This document shows positions 1-7,622 of a DNA stretch of 15,966 nt, piece by piece. The DNA comes from Promethearchaeota archaeon (GTDB taxonomy: Archaea; Asgardarchaeota; Odinarchaeia; Odinarchaeales; JBHLKK01). Under the pieces are notes generated by a model. It was given only the letters and a program-made list of their open reading frames with translations, did not search any database and was not told the origin of the DNA. The position numbers were made by a program, and so were the translations under genes. The stretch lies in NCBI GenBank assembly GCA_048939465.1, contig JBHLPL010000040.1, positions 1 to 15,966 on the forward strand, given 5' to 3'. Numbering within the stretch: position 1 is the first letter of the stretch; each line of letters begins with the position of its first letter.

Positions 1-113
1 TTATACCTTTCACTCTCGATATTCATATAAATCATAGTATAAAATGTAGGAAAACGTTTATAATGCATGCTTATTTATAACTGGAAAAAGAAGGATATTA
101 GGGGTTAACTGTT

Positions 114-1751
114 ATGTTGGTCGCAGTTGAGAAGAGGAGGAAAAAGAAAGAGAAGAAAAAGGAAAAGGTATTGACGGAAACTCAATCGGTCTGTCCCGAC
201 TGTTTCTTGGATGAGAAACCCAGACTTCTTACTGCAGAAATCATTGAGCGAGATGGAAAAATCTGGATACGTCGCACTTGCCCCAAGCACGGAGAAATTG
301 AGGAGCTTTACTGGGGCTCATCTAAGATGTATAAGAAGGCCAAGAAGTATGCTCATGACGGTCCTGGTATCCACAATCCTCAAATAAGAGCCGAGAATCC
401 TCTATGCCCTTTAAGCTGTGGTTATTGTGGAATTCACAAGAGCACCCCTGCCTTGGGAAACCTTGTGGTCACGAATCGATGTGATCTGAATTGCTGGTAC
501 TGTTTCTTTTTTGCAGAAAAGGCGGGATACGTATACGAACCTACGCTTGAGCAAATCAGAGAGATGGTTCGGAATTTTAGAAGGGTACGGCCTTCTGCTG
601 GAAAAGCGCTCCAGATTACTGGCGGAGAGCCCGCCATGAGGGATGATATTATTGACATTGTAAATCTGGTCAGGGAAGAAGGGATTACCCACCTCCAGTT
701 CAACACCGATGGCGTAAAGCTTGCTACCGATCCCGAGTTAGCTTCAAAACTCAGAAAAGCTGGAGTGAATACCCTTTACTTAAGCTTTGATGGCACAACG
801 CCCAAAACCAATCCCAAGAATCACTGGGAAGCACCGTACGCAGTACAAAACTGCAGAAAAGTGGGTTTGGGTGTTGTTTTTGTACCGACTGTTATCAGAA
901 GCGTAAATGACGGTGACTTAGGTAACATAGTTCGCTTGGCGTTCGATAACATTGACGTCGTCCGTGGCGTAAACTTTCAGCCGGTTTCCCTGACAGGCAG
1001 GATTGCACGTAGAGAGCGAAGTAAGCTTAGAATCACATCTCCTGATGTGATCAAAATGATAGAAGAGCAGACTGAGGGCCAGATAGCAAGAGAAGACTGG
1101 TATACCTGTCCAGTCACAACAGGCATCACCCATCTCGTCCAAGCTCTAACCGGGAGAACACAATTCGAACTTACAAATCATTTTGCCTGTGGTCTGGCAA
1201 CATACGTTTTCAAAGACAACGGCAAGTTGATACCAATAACAAGGTTTGTTGATGTGGCTGGTTTCGTTGAATACGTCAATGAGAAAGCCAGTGAACTGAA
1301 CTCCGGAAAGAACAAGTTGATTACTTCTTTGAAGATACTTCTCAATCTCAGGAGATTTATTGATAACAAACAGAAGCCCAAATATCTGAAACTTTGGAGG
1401 CTTCTCATAAAAGTCCTGCTGCGACATGACTATAGCGCTCTGGGTTCGTTCCACACTAAATGTATACTCCTTGGAATAATGCATTTTATGGATCTTTATA
1501 ATTATGATGTGGAACGAGTCAAGCGATGCAACATAGTCTATCTTTCTCCAGACGGCAGAATAATTCCATTCTGCGCATTCAATACACTGTCAATGCTCTA
1601 TCGAGATAAAATACAATTAAGGTACGGCCTACCCATAGAAGAGTATGGAAAGGTCCGAGGCGCTGATTTGAAAGCAGATTTGTATAGAAGAGACTTGAAA
1701 TCACTGAGGAGTGGAGAGATATATCAGAAATTCTATAGCGCAGTGAATTAA
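114..1751 (+). CDS. tes: Tetraether lipid synthase Tes / GDGT-MAS (MJ0619-family radical SAM enzyme)
   Basis: N-terminal CPDC...CPKHG metal site, auxiliary CPLSCGYCGIH motif, radical SAM CxxxCxxC (CDLNCWYC), ITGGEP, and C-terminal FMDLYNYDVERVKRC...DGRIIPFCAFN, all characteristic of the MJ0619/Tes family. Short Lys-rich N-terminus. Confidence 0.9.
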   Translation: MLVAVEKRRKKKEKKKEKVLTETQSVCPDCFLDEKPRLLTAEIIERDGKIWIRRTCPKHGEIEELYWGSSKMYKKAKKYAHDGPGIHNPQIRAENPLCPLSCGYCGIHKSTPALGNLVVTNRCDLNCWYCFFFAEKAGYVYEPTLEQIREMVRNFRRVRPSAGKALQITGGEPAMRDDIIDIVNLVREEGITHLQFNTDGVKLATDPELASKLRKAGVNTLYLSFDGTTPKTNPKNHWEAPYAVQNCRKVGLGVVFVPTVIRSVNDGDLGNIVRLAFDNIDVVRGVNFQPVSLTGRIARRERSKLRITSPDVIKMIEEQTEGQIAREDWYTCPVTTGITHLVQALTGRTQFELTNHFACGLATYVFKDNGKLIPITRFVDVAGFVEYVNEKASELNSGKNKLITSLKILLNLRRFIDNKQKPKYLKLWRLLIKVLLRHDYSALGSFHTKCILLGIMHFMDLYNYDVERVKRCNIVYLSPDGRIIPFCAFNTLSMLYRDKIQLRYGLPIEEYGKVRGADLKADLYRRDLKSLRSGEIYQKFYSAVN

Positions 1752-1792
1752 AGATCTGCCCCTCAACTCGGAAATACAAGGCGTCAAGAAAG

Positions 1793-2200
1793 ATGAAGCA
1801 ACCAACGCTGGCCGTAGACGCAATAATCAAAACCAAAAACGATAAGATTGTTTTGATTAAACGCAACTCTCCCCCGTTCCGAGATTCGTGGGCCCTTCCC
1901 GGGGGGATGGTTGAATACGGTGAGACCGTTGAGAATGCTGCTTTAAGAGAGGTCCGTGAAGAAACGGGCCTAGATGTTATTATAAAGAATCTGGTAGGCA
2001 TTTACTCTGATCCTTCAAGGGATCCTAGAGGACATGTCATCTCAATATGCTTTTTAGGTGAAGAGATTAGCGGTACTCTGGTTGCCGATACAGACGCAAA
2101 GGCGGTTGGAACCTTTTCAGCAGAAGAACTGGCCGGACTGGATTTAGCTTTTGATCACAAACTGATGCTTAGGGACGCAGGAATTCTGGAATCTGCCTAG
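1793..2200 (+). CDS. Nudix hydrolase (ADP-ribose pyrophosphatase-like)
   Basis: Perfect Nudix box GX5EX7REUXEEXGU (GGMVEYGETVENAALREVREETGL), plus SRDPRGH and LAFDH motifs. Confidence 0.92.
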   Translation: MKQPTLAVDAIIKTKNDKIVLIKRNSPPFRDSWALPGGMVEYGETVENAALREVREETGLDVIIKNLVGIYSDPSRDPRGHVISICFLGEEISGTLVADTDAKAVGTFSAEELAGLDLAFDHKLMLRDAGILESA

Positions 2201-2946
2201 ACCTCGATGGAAAGAAGATCTCTTGCCAGAATCACCTCACCGTCAAAGATTCTGCGAGCTTGCAGTACTAATCTTCTTTCGGTGTCACTGCCTTTTCTCC
2301 ACCAGTGGGTTAGAACCAGCTTATCAACACAGGCTTCTTTTGCAACTGTTGCTGCATCTTTTGGCGTGGAGTGCTTGTGTTCGTGGGCAAAGTGTGCCAT
2401 TTCATCAGGAAAAGAACACTCGTGGATCAGAATTGCGCATCCTTTGGCAAATCCTGCCAGTTTCTCAAATGGGGCAGTGTCTCCTGTATAACAGATTCCC
2501 TCATTCCTTTGTATCCTGTATGCAAGGTTGGTAGGATCGTGAACTGTTTCAAGTGCGGACAATTCTCCAGACTTCTCTCCCGACTTCATAACGTCTACAT
2601 CAAACCTGAACCTAAATCCTTCAGTGGGGGTATTCGTAGCTCTGAGAAGTCTGCTGATTGAGTCTTTCACGTTGTCCGGACCCGCGATTTTCAGAGGAAG
2701 AGTCCGCCCCGACAGCCACATGGTCCAAAGAATAGACACTAATCCTGCTATGTGATCGGCATGTGCGTGAGTTACTGCAATCATTCTTATTCGTTCGAGA
2801 CAAGCATCTTCTGGATTCAGATTTAGAAGTTTTTGTGTAGTTCCTTCTCCACAATCAAGCAGCAAATCATGATCCACAAGTATGGCTGAAGTAGTTCTTG
2901 CGATTGTGGGGATGCTTGCCGATGTTCCCAAGAATGTAATCTTCAT
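2197..2946 (-). CDS. RNase Z/ElaC-like metallo-beta-lactamase-fold hydrolase, short form lacking the exosite arm
   Basis: MKITFLGTSASIP start, DCGEG, HAHADH (HxHxDH), YTGDT, HEC, HST and LTH motifs. The start was moved to the second ATG (2946), which matches the family N-terminus and lies about 25 nt downstream of a minus-strand TTTAAG box (2978-2971). Overlaps the Nudix stop by 4 nt (CTAG). Confidence 0.85.
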   Translation of the reverse strand: MKITFLGTSASIPTIARTTSAILVDHDLLLDCGEGTTQKLLNLNPEDACLERIRMIAVTHAHADHIAGLVSILWTMWLSGRTLPLKIAGPDNVKDSISRLLRATNTPTEGFRFRFDVDVMKSGEKSGELSALETVHDPTNLAYRIQRNEGICYTGDTAPFEKLAGFAKGCAILIHECSFPDEMAHFAHEHKHSTPKDAATVAKEACVDKLVLTHWWRKGSDTERRLVLQARRIFDGEVILARDLLSIEV

Positions 2947-3213
2947 AACTAAAGAAAACGTCTGTATCATACTTAAATCAATCCCGACGAAATGTCTGGT
3001 TGAGTCAAGGCTCCTCGATTACGGAATTGTTTCTAATCGGTCAAGGAATGTGATTATCGCAAGAACTCAATGGAAGAAGCGCCTGAAAGTACGAGCATGT
3101 TGTAATCTTCGCAATTTTTTGGCAGGATTTTATGAGAAGACCAAAAGGTATATATTCCAGTTGTAGCAGATACTAACTTGTGGCTCTGGTCACACCATTG
3201 GTTTGGGAAGTTG

Positions 3214-3393
3214 ATGACGATGAGAAGCCAGGAAAAAACCGAAAGAACAACAAAGAAAAGATATCAACAAGATGAGAACAGCCTGAACCAGATCTATCGC
3301 ATAATGGAGCTAAACCGGAAACTCCTGAGTCTTAGAGAGCAATTATTAGAAGACGATATTATGGGACCAAACGAGCTCGAAGCTGCAGCATGA
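3214..3393 (+). CDS. Putative small helical hypothetical protein (~57-59 aa)
   Basis: ORF MTMRSQEKTERTTKKRYQQDENSLNQIYRIMELNRKLLSLREQLLEDDIMGPNELEAAA lies in an otherwise empty intergenic space. It has an upstream AAAAGG-TATATATT BRE/TATA-like element (3143-3156) and a downstream hairpin. No family recognised. Confidence 0.45.
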   Translation: MTMRSQEKTERTTKKRYQQDENSLNQIYRIMELNRKLLSLREQLLEDDIMGPNELEAAA

Positions 3394-3439
3394 CTGTTTC
3401 TTGGCTCCCTAAACCCCTAATTTTGACTGATCTCTGATC

Positions 3440-3476
3440 TTGATTACTCAGTTCATTCTTCGAACTGATGAATCAA
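3440..3476. terminator. Imperfect inverted repeat between convergent genes (possible bidirectional terminator or stability hairpin)
   Basis: TTGATT-ac-TCAGTTC (7-nt loop) GAACTGA-tg-AATCAA: 13 bp of stem with a 2x2 internal mismatch. Confidence 0.4.
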
Positions 3477-3507
3477 AACACCCGGAACAACAGGAGGTTT
3501 CTTGATC

Positions 3508-4242
3508 CTACAGAATCAAAATACCCTCTTCTGTTATGTCGAAGTTGTGGATTCTTATACTGTGAGAAGTACCCCTCATTTTCCTTACCATCAACGTGCG
3601 TGCAAATTTCTCTGATGTTTTTTCCAATCCAAGCACTATTATGCCATCTGCTATGAATTGCTCAACATCGAAGCGACTGAGTTTATCGCTCCCTCCTGGA
3701 ATCTCCGTAACTATGAATGATGTACAATCGAGCTGGGCCACGCCGTAACAGAAACGCTGTATATCTCGTCTTAGCTCAAAGAGATTATCATATTGATAGG
3801 CCAGGGGGACTATGGAATCCAGCACAAATCTCTTTGCTCCGACCTCTCCTACGACACTTGCAGCCTTGTAGAGCATAGCATCTATTTCGTTCCTTCTCAG
3901 AATATATTTCTCTGCAGAGGGAGCAGATATCCTTGTGCTTATTGCATCTATTATGGCAAGTTTTCCTTCTTCTTCCAGCTTATCTAAGTCCCATTTGAAA
4001 GCTGAGAAGTGATTCTTCAGTTTACTGGGAGTTTCATCCATCGCGATGTAGACTCCCGGCTCGTCATAGTCCACGATTCCCTTGTAAATGAATTGCATAG
4101 CAAATATGGTTTTTCCTGTTCCTGTATTTCCGGTGAGCAGGTATGTTCCATCTCTTGGGATTCCGCCGTTGATTAGCTCATCCAAACCAGGTACTCCCGT
4201 TGGGACTCTTCTTTCAATTTCCATATGGCTTTTGTCACTCAT
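3508..4242 (-). CDS. Single-domain KaiC/RAD55-like RecA-superfamily ATPase (COG0467-type)
   Basis: RVPTGVPGLDELINGGIP, Walker A GNTGTGKT, Walker B FVLDS, C-terminal VRKMRGT arginine-finger motif. The ATG at 4242 sits 6 nt after a GGTGA ribosome-binding site. Confidence 0.9.
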   Translation of the reverse strand: MSDKSHMEIERRVPTGVPGLDELINGGIPRDGTYLLTGNTGTGKTIFAMQFIYKGIVDYDEPGVYIAMDETPSKLKNHFSAFKWDLDKLEEEGKLAIIDAISTRISAPSAEKYILRRNEIDAMLYKAASVVGEVGAKRFVLDSIVPLAYQYDNLFELRRDIQRFCYGVAQLDCTSFIVTEIPGGSDKLSRFDVEQFIADGIIVLGLEKTSEKFARTLMVRKMRGTSHSIRIHNFDITEEGILIL

Positions 4243-4253
4243 TTCCAATCACC

Positions 4254-4670
4254 TTAGAACCATCTCATAATATCCTTAACAGTTCTTCCGGCTTCACTAA
4301 TCCTGGCAATTCTCTCGTAGATTTCTGGTAGTATCTTATCATAATCTATCTGTGAATTATTATTAAAATACTCGGCCACAATCTCCGGGAGATGCTCTTT
4401 AAAAAGCATAGGATTTTCATTGGTATCCAACACTACGACAAGGCATTTGTCTATTTCCGGTCCGGCATAGTAACTTGCAGCTCTTAATCCTCCCGTATTC
4501 AACGCCACAGAGCATGGATTTCGAGAAGAGACAGTATGCGTGCTGTATACGACTGTGGCCTTATTAGAATCAATCTTAACATGTGGTGGGTGTTTGGCCT
4601 CCACGATAGCTCCAACCTCGTTATCCCAACCTATTATGACTATCCCACGGGCCATGTACATCTCACTCAT
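4254..4670 (-). CDS. Longin-like (profilin-like fold) small protein, Asgard-type
   Basis: Pattern GIVIIGWDNEVGAIVEAKHP...VYSTH...AASYYAG...CLVVVLDTNENP resembles the uDENN/longin-type beta-beta-alpha-beta-beta-beta-alpha proteins abundant in Asgard archaea (recognised by eye). Start could be 4670, 4661 or 4655. Confidence 0.6.
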   Translation of the reverse strand: MSEMYMARGIVIIGWDNEVGAIVEAKHPPHVKIDSNKATVVYSTHTVSSRNPCSVALNTGGLRAASYYAGPEIDKCLVVVLDTNENPMLFKEHLPEIVAEYFNNNSQIDYDKILPEIYERIARISEAGRTVKDIMRWF

Positions 4671-4680
4671 TTGAGCAAAT

Positions 4681-5814
4681 CTACCATAAATCCTCGATTT
4701 TCTCCAGAGCCTGCAACACATTCAATTTTTTCAGATATTTTGGATCAAACTGCCTTTGCAGGAGCTCTTGAGCGATTATGCCTCGAATTCTGTCCGTCTT
4801 CTTTATCAGATGTGGAATTACCAACCCCTCAGAACTAGCAACTGCTAACAAGAGGGGTATAAGAACGGGTGATTCTCTAATCTTGGAGGCATCTACTTTC
4901 ACCTCAAGACCTATGGACGCTTCTTTTCCCATCTTCTTTATGCTTTGGATGTCTGCAACATAGTCCCTCGAGGAAGCAACCATGGGACCTGTTTGAACCC
5001 GGTACCTTCCTTTAGTAGTGAACGAGTAAATCTGGACAATCTCTCTTCGGACAAGATATCTCAGAATCGATATTAGAGTATTTGGATCCAAGTTCATTAT
5101 GACTTCAAGTTCCTGAAAATTCAACACATCTCTTTTGAGTGAATTGATCAAAAGGTTGAAATCTTCGATGGTCAGTTGATTGCTTTCCAGAAAGACTCTG
5201 AAACCTATCGATTCGTTGTCTATCTCTCTGCCTCTTGTCCTATTATTCAAGGTGAACAAGTACTTGCTGGGCGTATTAATAAGGTGGAACCTAGACGGTA
5301 GAAAGTTGATGGGTGATATCATATACTCTCGCAGATAGTAATGAAAAATATCTACTATTTCCTCAACGGTGTCTGGGTTTCCTTTCCAGGTCCTTAGAAT
5401 CTTTTCGTAGCTTTTTTCGACTTTTTCTATTATGAGCTTGAGTTTCTGTTGAAACGAGGGAACTGCCCGATCCACTATCGCGCCTATCGTCAGGTATTCT
5501 CCGCTCTCACAGAGGATTTTCCTTCTCCCAAAATCAATTATCCTGAGCGGGTGTTCTTCTTCAAATATCTCTCGGGAGAAGAGAGATAACGCTGATATAA
5601 ACCCAGAAATGAGTTGTCTGTCAACCTTGAATTCTGTGGTCCCTTCGTGAGTTATCAGATAACCATGTCTATGAATCAATATGAAATCGTAAAGCTTAAA
5701 ATTCACCCTTCTTGCGTAAGGTGGTACGTCATTAACCAGCAGATTCCGTCCCGCATAGTCGTTTTCATTTCGAGGGATTCTCGCGTGGTTTTTGAATTGT
5801 CCAGAATCAAACAA
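4681..5814 (-). CDS. N-terminal longin-domain protein with a central winged-helix-like segment
   Basis: aa ~40-165 (LYDFILIHRHGYLITH...DRQLISGFISALSLFSREI...RIIDFGRRKILCE...TWKGN) follow the classical longin pattern. aa ~216-265 (LNFQELEVIMNLDPNTLISILRYLVRREIVQI) look like a winged helix. TTG start preceded by GGTGGT; a GTG at 5706 is an alternative start. Confidence 0.7.
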   Translation of the reverse strand: MFDSGQFKNHARIPRNENDYAGRNLLVNDVPPYARRVNFKLYDFILIHRHGYLITHEGTTEFKVDRQLISGFISALSLFSREIFEEEHPLRIIDFGRRKILCESGEYLTIGAIVDRAVPSFQQKLKLIIEKVEKSYEKILRTWKGNPDTVEEIVDIFHYYLREYMISPINFLPSRFHLINTPSKYLFTLNNRTRGREIDNESIGFRVFLESNQLTIEDFNLLINSLKRDVLNFQELEVIMNLDPNTLISILRYLVRREIVQIYSFTTKGRYRVQTGPMVASSRDYVADIQSIKKMGKEASIGLEVKVDASKIRESPVLIPLLLAVASSEGLVIPHLIKKTDRIRGIIAQELLQRQFDPKYLKKLNVLQALEKIEDLW

Positions 5815-5864
5815 CTATACCACCATTCGGGTAGTTCCTCCCTGCTAATTATATTCTACTTTTC

Positions 5865-5881
5865 AATGTTATTTAAACATT
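5865..5881. promoter_or_regulatory. TATA box inside an inverted repeat in the divergent intergenic region
   Basis: AATGTT-ATTTA-AACATT. The minus strand reads TTTAAATA (5877-5870), upstream of the longin operon. Confidence 0.4.
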
Positions 5882-6141
5882 TCATTGCTTCATTGCGATA
5901 ATTACACTAGAACCTGAGATTCTCGCAAACCGAAGATAGAGACTGAAACCAAACTTGGAACCAGAATGCGGCACCGTTCTTGAACACGTATTCAGGGGAT
6001 CATGAAGGGAGCTGATATTTCGAAAAGCCCTGATTGGTTGGCGACATCTTGGTTGCACTTGGGTGGCAAAATCCAAAATCTAAAAAAGGAGAGCAACAAT
6101 ATCTTCTGTTAGCAAGATAGTACCCATCCAGAGGGGATAAC

Positions 6142-7590
6142 GTGGAACAAGTATTGAGACGACTGTCTCACTATCTGTGGGAGCTACCGCAGCAAGAACA
6201 CATGTATGTCCGAGGGCTTGTGTACGGTGACATGAAGTTAGTTGAATCACTGGTCACACTAGCAAGAGGGGCAAAAGAAGAAAACGTTCTAGATAAACTA
6301 ACCGAAGCAGCATCCCTTTTTGGGGTTAGACGTGTTTTGGCTCTACCCAGTGTCCATGCGGGACTTGGCTTTCCTGAAGGAAGTATGGTTGCTTTCGGAT
6401 CTGAAGGCGTGATCAGTGTAGCGGGGATAGGCATACACTGTAACTCGGGCTTGAGGGTATTGAGTGTTCCATTGACTAGAAGTGAGGTACTATATCGGAT
6501 TGACGAGCTGGCAACCAAATTATTCGAAAAAATACCTTCAGGTATAGGTGCAAAATCACCTATGAATCTTAGTCTGGATCAAGTTGATGAAGCCATTGTG
6601 AGAGGTGCAGAATATTCGATCTCTCAAGGTTATGGATACAACGAGGATCTAAGGTTTATGGAGCATGAGGGTCGAATCACAAAAGCCGACTCCTCGACGA
6701 TAAGTAAGAAAGCCAAGAAGAGGTGTCATTCGAGAATTGGTGCGCTGAATTCCGGAAGACACTACGTAGAAATCAGATATGTTGACGAGATTTACAATAA
6801 AGAAGAGTTAGAAAAATACGATCTATTTGAAGACCAAATTCTTGTCATGATTCATAGCGGGGCAACCCCCCTATCTGATCAAATCTTCACGGACTATTCT
6901 GTTTCTCTTATCTCCGCAGCCAAAAAACACAGGATTCCTTTTCGAAGGAGGGAATTTGTATCTGTTCCCTTCTTGAGCGAGGAGGGCCAAGCATTTTACT
7001 CGGCAGTCAAGGGATGCAGTAATTGCTCATTTGCAGATAGGCAGGTTATTTCGCAACTCGTAAGAGATGTGTTCAACGACATCTTTGGTGTCTACGAGAA
7101 GGACATCAAGACCTTTTGTGATTACGGATATAACACCATAAGGGAAGAGGAACATAAAGTCGAGGGGGAGACTGCACGGTTCCTGGTTCACCGGAGAGGG
7201 ACTGTAAGGGCCCTCGGACCTAAGAACGACGAGGTCCCTAAGGAGTATAACCTCATCGGTCAACCCTTCTTTATGGGAGGTGGACTTGGAGACTATTCCT
7301 ACCTCCTTCGGGGAGACGCCAAGGGAATACCAGAGACCCTCAATACCGTTCCCTTCGATTCCGGAAGGACTATCCCCAGAATCCAGGCCAGACGGCAGTT
7401 GCGGGGAGAGGCTATACAGAAGGATTTGGCCTCTAAGGGGATATTTGTCAAAAGAAAGAGTCCTGAAACAGTGGCAGAAAACGCGATGAGTGCGTACAGA
7501 TCCTCAACCGAAGTCATGAACATGCTTGAAAACATCGGACTGGTTTCCAAAGTGACACGAATAGCGCCGCTGGTCATACTTAAGGGCTGA
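6142..7590 (+). CDS. rtcB: RtcB-family protein, full length but predicted catalytically inactive as an RNA ligase
   Basis: Colinear with archaeal RtcB from the N-terminus (LRRLSHYLWELP) to the C-terminal PLVILKG, but the key motifs are substituted: LPSVH (for MPDxH), GIHCNSG (for GYDINCG), SGRH (for SGNH), DYGYN (for DVAHN), HRRG (for HRKG) and TVPFDSGR (for STCHGAGR). GTG start after GAGGGG. Confidence 0.88.
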   Translation: MEQVLRRLSHYLWELPQQEHMYVRGLVYGDMKLVESLVTLARGAKEENVLDKLTEAASLFGVRRVLALPSVHAGLGFPEGSMVAFGSEGVISVAGIGIHCNSGLRVLSVPLTRSEVLYRIDELATKLFEKIPSGIGAKSPMNLSLDQVDEAIVRGAEYSISQGYGYNEDLRFMEHEGRITKADSSTISKKAKKRCHSRIGALNSGRHYVEIRYVDEIYNKEELEKYDLFEDQILVMIHSGATPLSDQIFTDYSVSLISAAKKHRIPFRRREFVSVPFLSEEGQAFYSAVKGCSNCSFADRQVISQLVRDVFNDIFGVYEKDIKTFCDYGYNTIREEEHKVEGETARFLVHRRGTVRALGPKNDEVPKEYNLIGQPFFMGGGLGDYSYLLRGDAKGIPETLNTVPFDSGRTIPRIQARRQLRGEAIQKDLASKGIFVKRKSPETVAENAMSAYRSSTEVMNMLENIGLVSKVTRIAPLVILKG

Positions 7591-7622
7591 CTTCCTATTC
7601 TCTTTCTTCGGAAGACAAAAAG

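Noticed and set aside
129-170. Purine-rich AAG/AAAG run at the start of tes as a possible repeat or slippage site
   Set aside because: It simply encodes a Lys/Glu-rich N-terminal tail and the reading frame is intact.
2882-3166. 94-aa plus-strand ORF from the track
   Set aside because: Non-ATG start, overlaps the 5' end and promoter of the RNase Z-like gene, and has no recognisable motif.
3508-4242. Circadian clock KaiC
   Set aside because: Single domain, no S/T phosphosites, and no kaiA or kaiB nearby.
5900-6140. tRNA, sRNA or leader peptide upstream of the rtcB-like gene
   Set aside because: No cloverleaf, T-loop or C/D boxes seen, and the 36-codon ORF at 6002 has no supporting features.
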